Origin: Pyrodictium abyssi
GTDB taxonomy: Archaea > Thermoproteota > Thermoprotei_A > Sulfolobales > Pyrodictiaceae
Length of the DNA stretch: 32,000 nucleotides
NCBI RefSeq assembly: GCF_036323395.1
Contig: NZ_AP028907.1
Location: 1-32,000, forward strand
Direction of reading: 5' to 3'
Shown here: positions 17,877 to 27,109 of the stretch, piece after piece
Position numbering within the stretch: position 1 is the stretch's first letter
How the letters are laid out: the number at the start of each line of letters is the position of its first letter
Translations under genes and position numbers: made by a program
The notes under the pieces: generated by a model
Seen by the model: the letters and a program-made list of their open reading frames with translations, nothing else
Database searches by the model: none
What the model was told of the DNA's origin: nothing

Positions 17877-18187
17877 AGATTCTACACGATAAAACATCAA
17901 AGTGCACTAAGCTTTAGATTTACCCAGCCTCTAGCACGGAGTCCCTGTCCTACCGCTGGCGCCCCTCCTAACTAATAACCTCTACTCACTACACTTCGGC
18001 TGACGATAGTAACCAGTTTGCACAGTTGTCGAAACCCAGGATGCCCCGGGGCAGAGCGCCCGCCGAGCGCACCGCAGGCCCAGACGCCATAAACGAGCCG
18101 GCAAGGAGAAGAAGCGCCTCGCCCCCGGGCCTAGCCACGGTCTAATAGGCCCCCGAGCACCCGGCCAGGAGCCCCTAGGGGCAAAGG

Positions 18188-19099
18188 GTGGCGAAGCTGC
18201 CAGAGAGCCTAGGCCGCGAACTCGCAGCAGCAGGGAAGACCCTGCAAAGGCAGCTAGAGGCAGTGGAGCCGATACTAGCCGGCGAGGAGTGCATAGCCGC
18301 TGTCGGGGCTGGCGACAGCTACGCGGCAGCCCTAGCGCTAGAGGCGTGCAGCCAGGGCAGAGCCCGGGCCCTAGACCCCCTAGACGCCGCCTCGACCGGC
18401 GCTCTCGGGGCGCTCGCCCGCCGGGGATGCGTGCTCCTAGCCCTCAGCGTCGGCGGCCGCACCAGGGCCGTGCTCGAGGCCGCCCGGGCCTACCGGGCTC
18501 TGGGAGGCCGCGTCGTAGCCGTGACTGGCCCCGGCACGCCCCTAGCCAGGCTAGCCGGCACCACCATAGAGCTCACCTACACCGGCCTAGCGGGCGGCGT
18601 AGGCGCGCTAAGACACCTAGCCATGCTGGCAGCGCTAGCCGCCGCCCTCGGAGAAGACCCGGGGCCCCTGGAGCCCCCGGGCATGGACTGTGACGCGCTC
18701 TGGCCGTGGGTGCACACCGGCGCCGCTGAGGCCTACAGTAGCGCGTTGTACGCGGTGCTTAAGCTCTACGAGGTCTACGGGCGGCCGGCCCGCAGCGAGA
18801 GGCTCGAGCAGCTAGTCCACGCCCCCGTCTACGCCACGGACAGCGTTACCGTCTACATGTCCTCGGCTGCGCCCCAGGCGAGGCAGAGGGAGGTCGTGGA
18901 GACGCTCCGGGAAGCGGGCCTAAGGGTCTACACCGTGCCAGCCTGTGGCAGCTGCTGGGGCACAGCTATGGGCCAGGCGCTGGCCGTGCTTCGCTGCCTC
19001 GCAGAGGCCGTGAGGAAGGATAGTGTGGATGAGCCGCACTACCGCCGGCACCCGGGCCTAGAGCAGCTGACAAGGCTGATATACACCATGGAGGAGTAG
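18188..19099 (+). CDS. SIS-domain (sugar isomerase-like) protein
   Basis: 303 aa; 'CIAAVGAGDSYAAALALEA', 'CVLLALSVGGRTRAVLEAARAYRALGGRVVAVTG', second SIS-like half. Confidence 0.82.
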   Translation: MAKLPESLGRELAAAGKTLQRQLEAVEPILAGEECIAAVGAGDSYAAALALEACSQGRARALDPLDAASTGALGALARRGCVLLALSVGGRTRAVLEAARAYRALGGRVVAVTGPGTPLARLAGTTIELTYTGLAGGVGALRHLAMLAALAAALGEDPGPLEPPGMDCDALWPWVHTGAAEAYSSALYAVLKLYEVYGRPARSERLEQLVHAPVYATDSVTVYMSSAAPQARQREVVETLREAGLRVYTVPACGSCWGTAMGQALAVLRCLAEAVRKDSVDEPHYRRHPGLEQLTRLIYTMEE

Positions 19100-19353
19100 G
19101 GCCATCGTGGGGGCGCAGCCAGGGGGCTATACGTGGAGAAGCCGAGGGCGGTATGAAACCCTTATACTGTCGGCGCACGTTTCGTCTAGACAGTTTGTCC
19201 ATTAGATACGTTGGAGAAAATGCTCTAGGGCGGCGGAGGCGTGTCTACTAGCATGGTCTGCGAGGGAGACGCTATAAGTACGGGCTGACGCGCCGGATTA
19301 CGTGCGTGGGGGCTAAGGGTGGGCTGTGCCACGCTGCAGCGGGATGAGCAAGG

Positions 19354-20046
19354 ATGCAGCGGCCTATGGGTCATATGGGGCCTCACTGGGGGCATGCCGG
19401 CCCAGCGTGGGGTAGGCCGTACCCCTGGATGAGCCATATACACTACATGTATGCTAGCGCAGCCGCCACCGGGGTAGCGTGGCTGCTCGCCGCACTCTAC
19501 CTGGTGTCCGCTGTAGCCGCTGCTGCTGTGGCTCTGCTGCTCTACCGGGGCTACCGTGTCTCGGGCGACCAGAGGCTCGCTCTGCTATCCATCGGCTTCG
19601 GCCTGGTGGCTGTAGGGTCGCTTGTGGACCTCGCATCCGGCGTCGTGGTCTCTACCAGTCTCAGCTGGCTAGCCTACATGCTGGGCTACATGGTCATGCT
19701 CGCTGCCCGCGACGTCCGCGAGGAGGCCGAGGCAGAGGCCTACGCCGCCGCCCCCTCCGTGGCCGCTGTGTGGGCCTCGCAGGCTAGGCCGTACAGCTAC
19801 GCGCCGCTAGCCATGACGGGCTCGCTGATCGCCGGGGTTCTGGCGTTCGCGGCGTTCCTGGGCATACAGGGGAGGCTCAGGATAGCGGGCCTCGGGGTAG
19901 CAGCTAGCCACGTACTGGAGGCCGTCGCGCTGCTGGGCGTGCTCTACCCTGGGCTGCTCGTGGCCTCGGTGGCCCTCCGCGCGGCCTCGCTAGCCGCTAT
20001 GACGCTTGTCCTAGTGCTCGCCACGCGGAGCGGGCCACGGCTCTAG
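19354..20046 (+). CDS. integral membrane protein with His/Met/Trp-rich N-terminus
   Basis: 230 aa; 'MQRPMGHMGPHWGHAGPAWGRPYPWMSHIHYMY' followed by about 6-7 predicted TM segments. Confidence 0.65.
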   Translation: MQRPMGHMGPHWGHAGPAWGRPYPWMSHIHYMYASAAATGVAWLLAALYLVSAVAAAAVALLLYRGYRVSGDQRLALLSIGFGLVAVGSLVDLASGVVVSTSLSWLAYMLGYMVMLAARDVREEAEAEAYAAAPSVAAVWASQARPYSYAPLAMTGSLIAGVLAFAAFLGIQGRLRIAGLGVAASHVLEAVALLGVLYPGLLVASVALRAASLAAMTLVLVLATRSGPRL

Positions 20047-20078
20047 GCCCCGATGACGGCCAGGGGGCAGCACGCGGC

Positions 20079-20354
20079 ATGCCGAGGCGGAGGAGCAGGG
20101 CGCGGATAGTCTACGAGGTGCTCTCCACGCTCTCGCGGGAGGGCCCTATGCCGCCCACAAGGCTCTCCTACGTGGCCAGGATGCCCTACGACAGGTTCGC
20201 GGCGCTCCTTGACCAGCTCGAGGAGAAGGGCCTAGTCGAGGTCTACGAGGAGGAGGGGCGCCGCCGGGTACGGATAACCCCGGAGGGGCTCAGGGCGCTC
20301 CGCGAACTCTCCGCCGCGCTCCAGGTGCTGCAGAGGCTAGGCCTCGACGAGTAG
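20079..20354 (+). CDS. winged-helix transcriptional regulator
   Basis: 91 aa; 'RIVYEVLSTLSREGPMPPTRLSYVARMPYDRFAALLDQLEEKGLVEVYEEEGRRRVRITPEGLRALREL'. Confidence 0.8.
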   Translation: MPRRRSRARIVYEVLSTLSREGPMPPTRLSYVARMPYDRFAALLDQLEEKGLVEVYEEEGRRRVRITPEGLRALRELSAALQVLQRLGLDE

Positions 20355-20376
20355 CCCGGGGCTCGGTGCCTAGCCT

Positions 20377-20426
20377 GGTCCCCACACCCCTCCCCTAGAG
20401 CGGGGAGGGGTCGGGCTGTGGGGGCC
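20377..20426. other. long two-segment stem-loop (about 19 bp with one 6-nt bulge)
   Basis: Inner CCCCTCCCC(20387-20395)/GGGGAGGGG(20402-20410), loop tagagc; outer GGTCCCCACA(20377-20386)/TGTGGGGGCC(20417-20426, includes one T-G pair); bulge tcgggc 20411-20416. Confidence 0.65.
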
Positions 20427-20563
20427 TCCCAAGTCCTCACAGCGGCCCGGGGCCGTGTAGGTGGCCCGGTGTAGGGTGCTATTGGCCTTAGCTCCTGTGC
20501 GGCAAGGGGAGAGACCATATAGATTCTCCGCCACGTAGCTGTATAGATACTGGCTGGCGTCTC

Positions 20564-21061
20564 TTGGACGGGGCTGAGGAGGCCCTCGAGAGCCTACTAG
20601 AGCACGCCCGGAGCATGGTGAGGTTTGTAGAGGAGTTCTCGGGTATAGAGGTTACGCGTGAGAAGCTAAACCGTGTCATCCACAGCGCGCTCCTGGCTAT
20701 GGCGCACGAGCTGTCGCGTATAGCCCTGGAGGAGGTCTACCGGGAGGTAGATCTCCTCCGAGACATGGACCGGGGCATGGCGCGCTGCATCGAGGAGGTC
20801 GGTGCACGGCTCCTCGAGGCCTATGTAGCCTCGTCGCTGGGCATACCGGCGCTCAGCCTAGAGGAGTACAGCTACGAGCTAAATCTGCTCCCCGAGCTCC
20901 GGGGAAGGATAACCCCCCGCATCCTCGGCAAGCTCTACACGGCCCTAGAGGCTGCTGCCCGGGAGAGAAGGCTCTACGACTTCATCGCGGGAGAGCTGCG
21001 CGAAGAGTGCCGCCGCATAGCGGCGCGGGGGAGGCCCCGCCTCTCCGGGCTCAGCGGCTAG
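20564..21061 (+). CDS. hypothetical helical protein
   Basis: 165 aa, TTG start; acidic/helical composition typical of a real cytosolic protein; no family recognised. Confidence 0.55.
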   Translation: MDGAEEALESLLEHARSMVRFVEEFSGIEVTREKLNRVIHSALLAMAHELSRIALEEVYREVDLLRDMDRGMARCIEEVGARLLEAYVASSLGIPALSLEEYSYELNLLPELRGRITPRILGKLYTALEAAARERRLYDFIAGELREECRRIAARGRPRLSGLSG

Positions 21062-21551
21062 CACAGCGGCCGAGGAGGAGAGACGAGGCAGCGAGGTAGG
21101 CCGGGAGCGCCACGGCAGAGCCGGCGCCCGGCACCATGCCCGCCGCCGAGACGGCTACGGCGCCAGCGAGATACGCTAGGGCGCGGCGCCGGCCATCCGC
21201 GAGACAGGCCGAGACGCTGGCCGCGGCAGACGCCATCGGCGCCGCCGCTAGGAGCACCAGCGCCAGGTACGTGTGCCACGTGTCCACGCCCATGCCCAGG
21301 CCGGCGAGCCCCGCAGCGAGGGCCGGGGCGTGCCGCTCAGCGTTCACGTGCACTAGCAGGGCCAGCAGCACTGCCGCCACGGCTCCAGGGCTGAGGCGGA
21401 GCAAAGCATGAGGCGCCACAGCCGCCACCGCTGCTGTGTAGACTGCTAGCACCGTGTAGCCGGGGTCCCGGAGCGCGAGCAGCGACGCTGCGGTGCAGCC
21501 TGCGAGCGCTGCGAGCCACTGCCGCCGGGGTGCTAGCAGAGCTCCGGCCAT
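21051..21551 (-). CDS. hypothetical membrane protein of MoxR/DUF58 cluster
   Basis: 166 aa, Ala/Leu-rich repeated hydrophobic segments; same strand and immediately downstream of DUF58 gene; start could lie further upstream. Confidence 0.5.
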   Translation of the reverse strand: MAGALLAPRRQWLAALAGCTAASLLALRDPGYTVLAVYTAAVAAVAPHALLRLSPGAVAAVLLALLVHVNAERHAPALAAGLAGLGMGVDTWHTYLALVLLAAAPMASAAASVSACLADGRRRALAYLAGAVAVSAAGMVPGAGSAVALPAYLAASSLLLGRCASR

Positions 21552-21665
21552 GGCTAGGGCGGCTGCATCGGGCTGCCCGGCGCCAACGGCCGCCGCAGCT
21601 ACGGGGGTGTACGCCAGCGCGTAGACCGCCCTGCCCAGGCTCCTCCCAGGTGGTACGCCCCGGGC

Positions 21666-22850
21666 TCACCCTGTGCCACCCACGACCGTGTGGGCGTAGC
21701 CTCCCGCCCGCAGCTCCTCGGTGCAGCCGGACTCTACCGGGCCCACCAAGACCACGGTGTGCCTGGGCAGACCAGGCCTCCCCGAGAAGACTGCCCTGCA
21801 GAGGTCGCCGCCGAGTATAGCTACTAGGAGCGCGCCGCCCGCGCGGGCCGCCTCAGCTGCCTCGGCGAGGACTAGGCGCGCCGCTGGGCTCGGCGGCAGC
21901 GTGTCGAGCGGGTTCACGCTGGAGAGCCGGGCTAGGAGCGCTGGCAGCGTGTCCGCCGCCCGCCCCGGGGGCACGGTCGCGGCTGCCGCCCCGGTGTAGA
22001 CAGTGTACCCGAGCAGCCCGCCCAGCCTACGGGCGGCGTAGGCTAGCGACGCGGCGAGCCTCATAGCGGTGTCGGCTGGCGCCTCGCCGGCGCGGCCGCG
22101 CCACATGCCCCGGGTGAGGTCTACGAATATGTGTAGCCGGGGCTCCTGCTCGGCCTCGTCTACGCGTACTAGGAGGCGGCCGGTGCGCGCCGTCGCCCTC
22201 CAGGCTATCCTCCTTGGGTCGTCGCCCGGCGCGTAGTCGCGGAGCCAGTGGAGATCCATCCCGGGGCCCTCCCAGCGGCGCGTACTGCCCCCGGAGTAGC
22301 CCACGCCGGAGCCCGGGACACCGGCCAGGGACCGGTCTATGGCCGGGTAGACGGGGACTGCTAGAGGCGCGTAGACCCGGAGCCTAGCCGCGAAGAGCCC
22401 CAGGGGGTCCAGGTAGCCTAGCACCACGTGGCCGGAGACGCTTAGGCCGGGGCCGAGCCTCACAGTGTAGCCGCCGCCCTGGGCCCGGCCGCCCTCCACG
22501 GGGAGGAGAAGCGGCCCCCGCGGGGCGGGGTCTAGCGCCCGGGTTAGGGGCTCCTCCTCGACCAGCACGTAGTCCAGGCCGCCTAGCCCCTCTACCTCGA
22601 CGCGCACGCCCACCGGTGTGCCCTCCACGGCTGGGCTGGGCGAGGCGCTCCTGGAGACACGGGCCCCTGCTAGGACGCGGGAGGCGCGCCGGGCGTCGGC
22701 GTAGGATGCCGCCGCTAGGGAGAGGAGAGCTAGGAGCGTAGCCACGACCACCCGGCTCTCCACGGCCGTGGCTAGTAGCGCTAGCTGGGCGGCCGCGAAG
22801 AGTACGGCCAGGCCCTTGGGCGTAGCCCGCACCGACGCCACCGCGTCCAC
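21666..22850 (-). CDS. DUF58 domain protein
   Basis: 'GPGMDLHWLRDYAPGDDPRRIAWRATARTGRLLVRVDEAEQEPRLHIFVDLTRGM' DUF58 signature; two N-terminal TM helices. GTG start near 22850 preferred over the listed 23237, which runs through moxR. Confidence 0.88.
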   Translation of the reverse strand: MDAVASVRATPKGLAVLFAAAQLALLATAVESRVVVATLLALLSLAAASYADARRASRVLAGARVSRSASPSPAVEGTPVGVRVEVEGLGGLDYVLVEEEPLTRALDPAPRGPLLLPVEGGRAQGGGYTVRLGPGLSVSGHVVLGYLDPLGLFAARLRVYAPLAVPVYPAIDRSLAGVPGSGVGYSGGSTRRWEGPGMDLHWLRDYAPGDDPRRIAWRATARTGRLLVRVDEAEQEPRLHIFVDLTRGMWRGRAGEAPADTAMRLAASLAYAARRLGGLLGYTVYTGAAAATVPPGRAADTLPALLARLSSVNPLDTLPPSPAARLVLAEAAEAARAGGALLVAILGGDLCRAVFSGRPGLPRHTVVLVGPVESGCTEELRAGGYAHTVVGGTG

Positions 22851-22882
22851 GCCGCGCCACGCCCTCCCGGGTCCCTTGGGGT

Positions 22883-23818
22883 CTACGGCACAGGCACCTT
22901 GGAGATGGCCTCCTCGACCACCTCGTCGGGCTTCACGCCTGCTAGCCTGGCCTCGGGCTTCAGCACCACCCGGTGGCGCAGCACGTACCGCGCCGCCTCC
23001 CGGACGTGGTCGGGCTCCACGTAGCCACGGCCGTCTATGAGGGCGAGGGCCTGGGACACCCTCATCAGGGCTACTGCTGCGCGTGGCGACGCGCCCAGGG
23101 CCACGTGGGGGCTCCTCCGGGTATAGTCGACGAACAGCGCTATGTAGTACTTCACGTTCCTGTCCACGTGCACCATGCGCACCTCCCGGCGGGCGCGCAA
23201 CAAGTCCTCCCTGCCAGCCACCGGCTCCACGGGCCACTCCTCCACACGGTCCACCATGTCGAGGACCCGGACCATGTCCTCGACGCCTAGGTAGTAGACC
23301 GGGACACTGACCATGAACCGGTCTAGCTGGGCCTCGCTCAGCGGGTAGACGCCCTCAGACTCGAACGGGTTCATCGTGGCTAGCACCGTGAAGGTCTCGG
23401 GGAGCCGGAAGCTGCGGCCCCACACGGTCACCTGGCGCTCCTGCATCGCCTCCAGCAGGGCCGACTGGACCTTCGGGCTCGCCCTGTTTATCTCGTCCAC
23501 GAGGAGGAGGTCCGTGAACACGGGGCCCCGCTCGAACACGAACTCGACGCCGCGGTACACGTAGCCGCCTATAACGTCGCCGGGCAGCAGGTCCGGGGTG
23601 AACTGGACCCTCCGGAACTCCAGGTCGAGCGCCGAGGCGATAGCCCGGGCCATAGTGGTCTTCGCCACGCCCGGCGGGCCCTCCAGCAGCACATGGCCGC
23701 CCGCTAGCACCGCTGCGAGCACCACGCGCAGCTCCCGGTGCAGCCCGACGACAACCCGCTGGACCTCCCGCAGCACCCTTTCATAGACAGTTGTCACCGC
23801 TCCATCAGTTTGCCGCAT
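22883..23818 (-). CDS. MoxR-family AAA+ ATPase
   Basis: 311 aa; '[20 protein letters not shown]' Walker A, '[28 protein letters not shown]' Walker B, '[26 protein letters not shown]'. Confidence 0.95.
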   Translation of the reverse strand: MRQTDGAVTTVYERVLREVQRVVVGLHRELRVVLAAVLAGGHVLLEGPPGVAKTTMARAIASALDLEFRRVQFTPDLLPGDVIGGYVYRGVEFVFERGPVFTDLLLVDEINRASPKVQSALLEAMQERQVTVWGRSFRLPETFTVLATMNPFESEGVYPLSEAQLDRFMVSVPVYYLGVEDMVRVLDMVDRVEEWPVEPVAGREDLLRARREVRMVHVDRNVKYYIALFVDYTRRSPHVALGASPRAAVALMRVSQALALIDGRGYVEPDHVREAARYVLRHRVVLKPEARLAGVKPDEVVEEAISKVPVP

Positions 23819-23864
23819 TTTCGCTACACCTCACCTTCCTCATGGTGGAAAGTTCTTAAACTAG

Positions 23865-23888
23865 GCTTATAATACTATCAAGTATTAT
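23865..23888 (-). promoter_or_regulatory. putative moxR TATA box with adjoining 8-bp inverted repeat
   Basis: ATAATACT(23869-23876)-atca-AGTATTAT(23881-23888) overlapping the minus-strand TATTATAAG, about 50 nt upstream of the moxR ATG. Confidence 0.5.
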
Positions 23889-24351
23889 CCGTATTGGTAA
23901 TATAGTAAGGCTAATTCAACTTCCGATAGAATTCGGTGCGACTATTCCTAGCTAGAGACAATATATAAAAATAATTATGTTTTGTGAAATTGGAATGAAA
24001 ATTGTATCTCTAGCGAAGCTTGCAGAGGTCAGTGTTCCCGCAGGGGATGCACTCTGCATTTATATCGGGTTTATATGCATGCGCCACTATTGTGTTCGTT
24101 ATAATAGTTAGTAAACACCTATAATTGGTATGAGTAGTGGTGCTCTCATGAATTATTTTTAGAGAAGTATACCTATACATGTCTTTATCACCTCGGTAGG
24201 AATCTATAATATAACCCTCCTATACAACCACTATATATGCTTTACTATGGTGAGACTTATATGTATATACAGATAACTAACGGTGTCATATCATGCATTA
24301 ACACCCCAAGACACTATATTCCCTGCATAACCATGGTGCCCGACGATTCAC

Positions 24352-24882
24352 TTGGAAACCAAGGTGTTAAAAACCACCCCAGGTGTCGTCAATATCCCAG
24401 ACCAATTATTTCAGAAATCGAGTGTACAACATAATATAGTGTTGCATAACATAGCAGGCGAACTAATAGTGCTTATCATACCATTTGTATTATTTGCTAT
24501 CACCATACTACTTGTTTACAAAGGATCACGACTGCTACTCACTGAGCCCGAGTTCTGCCCTACCTCTATTATTTTGGCCTTCTCTAATGCTGTCAAGCCA
24601 CCCTATGCTTATCTAGGTGCCCGGAGGAGGCTACGAGAGCTCTTCGAGGAGATAGCCCGGCTGGTTGGCTCCGGGAACGCGACGCTTCGCGAGATAGCCG
24701 CGCGGGCCAGGCTAGGAGCGGAGCACGCTCGCGCAGTAGAGGCCTACTACCGGGCAATGTACTCGCAGAGGGGCTGCCGGAGCCTAGGTTGCAGCGAGGA
24801 GCTAGAACTGCTAGAAGAGCTGCTAGAGGCCGTCCGGCGGAGGCTCTGCGCCAGCCAGGAGGCTGGCTCAACCGCCGGGTAA
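24352..24882 (+). CDS. membrane protein with DUF4129-like C-terminal region
   Basis: One TM helix (LIVLIIPFVLFAITILLVY) then 'ARRRLRELFEEIARLVGSGNATLREIAARARLGAEHARAVEAYYRAMYSQRG', resembling the DUF4129 tail. True start probably downstream of 24352. Confidence 0.5.
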   Translation: METKVLKTTPGVVNIPDQLFQKSSVQHNIVLHNIAGELIVLIIPFVLFAITILLVYKGSRLLLTEPEFCPTSIILAFSNAVKPPYAYLGARRRLRELFEEIARLVGSGNATLREIAARARLGAEHARAVEAYYRAMYSQRGCRSLGCSEELELLEELLEAVRRRLCASQEAGSTAG

Positions 24883-24971
24883 GCCTATAGCTCTGCATCC
24901 ATGGTAGTACTATCTGCCCGAGAGGCAGGGCTACGATAGGCAGCACTATAATCGGGGCAATAGCCTTTGGG

Positions 24972-25364
24972 GTGATTGTCGGCATGGAGTCTCTGGCGTC
25001 GAAGCTGCTACGGGAGGCGCGGGAGAGGCCAGAGGAGTGGAGGAGGCTCGCGGAGAGGATAGCAGCCGATATAGCTGGCGACGAGCGGCTGAGGCTTGCC
25101 CTACTCAACGCCGTGCTCCGGGAGACCGCGACCCGGCGGGATATAGCGGAGCTACGCGCCGAGATAGATCGGGAGATAGACCTGCTACGGGGGGACTTCG
25201 AGAAGCTACGAGGAGAGGTGGAAGGTCTGCGGAGAGAGCTACGCGAGGAGATGAAGGAGCTGCGCTCGCTCTACAAGTGGATCATAGGGCTCCTGGTTGC
25301 TCTCATGGCCTCGCTTATAGGGCTCGTGCTGCCAATAACCCTCCGCGCCTTAGGGCTGATGTAG
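24972..25364 (+). CDS. coiled-coil protein with C-terminal transmembrane anchor
   Basis: 130 aa; heptad-rich 'TRRDIAELRAEIDREIDLLRGDFEKLRGEVEGLRRELREEMKEL' then 'WIIGLLVALMASLIGLVLPI'. Confidence 0.65.
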   Translation: MIVGMESLASKLLREARERPEEWRRLAERIAADIAGDERLRLALLNAVLRETATRRDIAELRAEIDREIDLLRGDFEKLRGEVEGLRRELREEMKELRSLYKWIIGLLVALMASLIGLVLPITLRALGLM

Positions 25365-25406
25365 CTCTCCATTGTGTCCGGTACCGGATCCCTATAGGGG
25401 GATGGC

Positions 25407-26303
25407 ATGACCAGACTCTTGTACGCCTTGTCGGCTCTCTCGGTGGCTGTGCTAGCAGCCTGTCTCGCCGCGCTGCAGCTCCCGGCCACGGGCACAGCTG
25501 TGCCCGCAGACTCTGCTAGCCCGCTTAACCAGGCGCCCCTGGGCTCGAGCACGCTCGCGGGGCTCCTCGCTGGCCACGGCTACCGCGTAGCCCTCGGCGG
25601 CGTGGACACCGTGGCAGCGCTAGCCAAAGAGACGAGAGTAGTGTACATCGTCGTCGGCCCCGACAAGCCGTTCACCGAGGACGAGGCCTCTGTGCTCGGG
25701 AGGCTCGTCCGCATCGGCAAGGTCTCGCTGCTCCTAGCCGACGAGCTGGGTGTCGTCAACAGCCTGGCTGGGGCGCTCGGCACTGGCCGTGTAGCAGGCG
25801 GGATGCCCACGGCCGACGGCTCCCCGGTAGTAGAGCTGGAGTGCATGGGGCGACGGCTGCTCTCCACCAAGGTCTCCCAGGTCGTGGGCGCCGGGCCCGA
25901 GGCCAGGGTGCTCTGCACAGGGCCGGGTGGCGAGCCCGTAGCAGTGCTAACGAGGCACGGAGATGGCCTGGTCCTACTGGTCGCAGACTCGAGCATGTTC
26001 ACAAACATCCTGCTGGGCGGCGCACCGCCCTTCGCTCCCACAGCCGGGACAGTCCTAGACCTGGTAGGGGAGCTAGCAGGCCCGGGCACAGCCGTGGTGC
26101 TCGACACCGCTCACTATAGCTACGCCGAGAAGCCCGGCCCGGGCAGCATAGCTCTGCTCCCCATGGAGGCTGTCCTAGCGCTCACTGTCCTCCTCCACAC
26201 GCTGGCCAGCAAGCACCCCCTGCTAGCTGTGGTGGCCCTGCCCTTGCTAGCAGCATGGGCCGCCATAGTACTGCTGGAGCGGGAGGAAGCAGTACACGGC
26301 TAG
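25407..26303 (+). CDS. DUF4350-like membrane protein
   Basis: 298 aa; N-terminal TM, 'PLNQAPLGSSTLAGLLAGHGYRVALGGVDT', C-terminal TM segments; DUF4350 proteins co-occur with MoxR/DUF58/DUF4129. Confidence 0.65.
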   Translation: MTRLLYALSALSVAVLAACLAALQLPATGTAVPADSASPLNQAPLGSSTLAGLLAGHGYRVALGGVDTVAALAKETRVVYIVVGPDKPFTEDEASVLGRLVRIGKVSLLLADELGVVNSLAGALGTGRVAGGMPTADGSPVVELECMGRRLLSTKVSQVVGAGPEARVLCTGPGGEPVAVLTRHGDGLVLLVADSSMFTNILLGGAPPFAPTAGTVLDLVGELAGPGTAVVLDTAHYSYAEKPGPGSIALLPMEAVLALTVLLHTLASKHPLLAVVALPLLAAWAAIVLLEREEAVHG

Positions 26304-26350
26304 AGCACTATATAGGCCTGTGTCACGGACACTGTAACACGGTGGCCTTG

Positions 26351-26584
26351 TTGCCAAGTGTCACAGTGACGTTCCGCATCCCCCGCGAGCTGAAGCAGCG
26401 TATGGACCGGCTCCGGGGCAGGGTCAACTGGAGCGAGGAGGTACGGAGGTTCATAGAGAAGCGTGTAGAGGAGCTAGAACAGGAGGAGGCTATAGAGGAG
26501 CTAGAGAAGCTCATAGAGCAGCTACCCCCCGCCCCACGTGGCGCCGGAGCAGCCCTCGTGAGGGAGGACCGTGATAGTCATTGA
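26351..26584 (+). CDS. vapB: VapB/CopG-type antitoxin
   Basis: 'SVTVTFRIPRELKQRMDRLRGRVNWSEEVRRFIEKRVEELEQEEAIEELEKLIEQL' ribbon-helix-helix; TTG start with GGTGG upstream; overlaps the vapC start. Confidence 0.85.
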   Translation: MPSVTVTFRIPRELKQRMDRLRGRVNWSEEVRRFIEKRVEELEQEEAIEELEKLIEQLPPAPRGAGAALVREDRDSH

Positions 26585-26984
26585 CGCCTCTGCGCTAGCA
26601 AAGTACGTGCTCCACGAGGAGGGCTGGACCAGGGTATCCTGGTACATCCGGCACAGGAGGCCACTAGCCTCAGTAGACCACGTGCTGAAGGAGGTGGGGA
26701 ACGCTATCTGGAAACGCTGCCGCCTACACCGGGCAATAGACGCCGAGACCGCGGCTAGGCTCTACCGCGGACTACGCAGGCTAGCCGAGACAGGGGTCAT
26801 ACAGCTCCGGCCAGAGGAGCACTACCTCGACAGGGCCATGGAGCTAGCACTAGAGCACGGCATAACGCTCTACGACGCGCTCTACATAGCCCTCGCAGAG
26901 GAGGAGGGAGAACTACTCACAGGCGACACGCGACAAGCCGAGGCAGCAGCCAGGATAGGGATACAAGTCCACCTCGTGGCATGA
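26571..26984 (+). CDS. vapC: PIN-domain toxin
   Basis: 137 aa; 'MIVIDASALAKYVLHEEG', 'LYDALYIALAEEEGELLTGDTRQAEAA'. Confidence 0.92.
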   Translation: MIVIDASALAKYVLHEEGWTRVSWYIRHRRPLASVDHVLKEVGNAIWKRCRLHRAIDAETAARLYRGLRRLAETGVIQLRPEEHYLDRAMELALEHGITLYDALYIALAEEEGELLTGDTRQAEAAARIGIQVHLVA

Positions 26985-27109
26985 CAGGGCATCCCGGGGG
27001 CCAACAGCCCGTCAAAAAGCCCGGGAGCTGGGACATCCTACAGAGACGGAGACGGGTGAAGAGGCGGGAGGGCAAAAAGAACCATGGGGTTGGGGCCCGG
27101 GCCTGGGCG

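Noticed and set aside
22384-22860. 158-aa minus ORF within DUF58 region
   Set aside because: Arg/Gly/Pro-rich alternative frame of the DUF58 gene.
22851-23237. N-terminal extension of the 523-aa DUF58 ORF
   Set aside because: Reads through the well-supported moxR coding sequence in another frame; GTG near 22850 is a better start.
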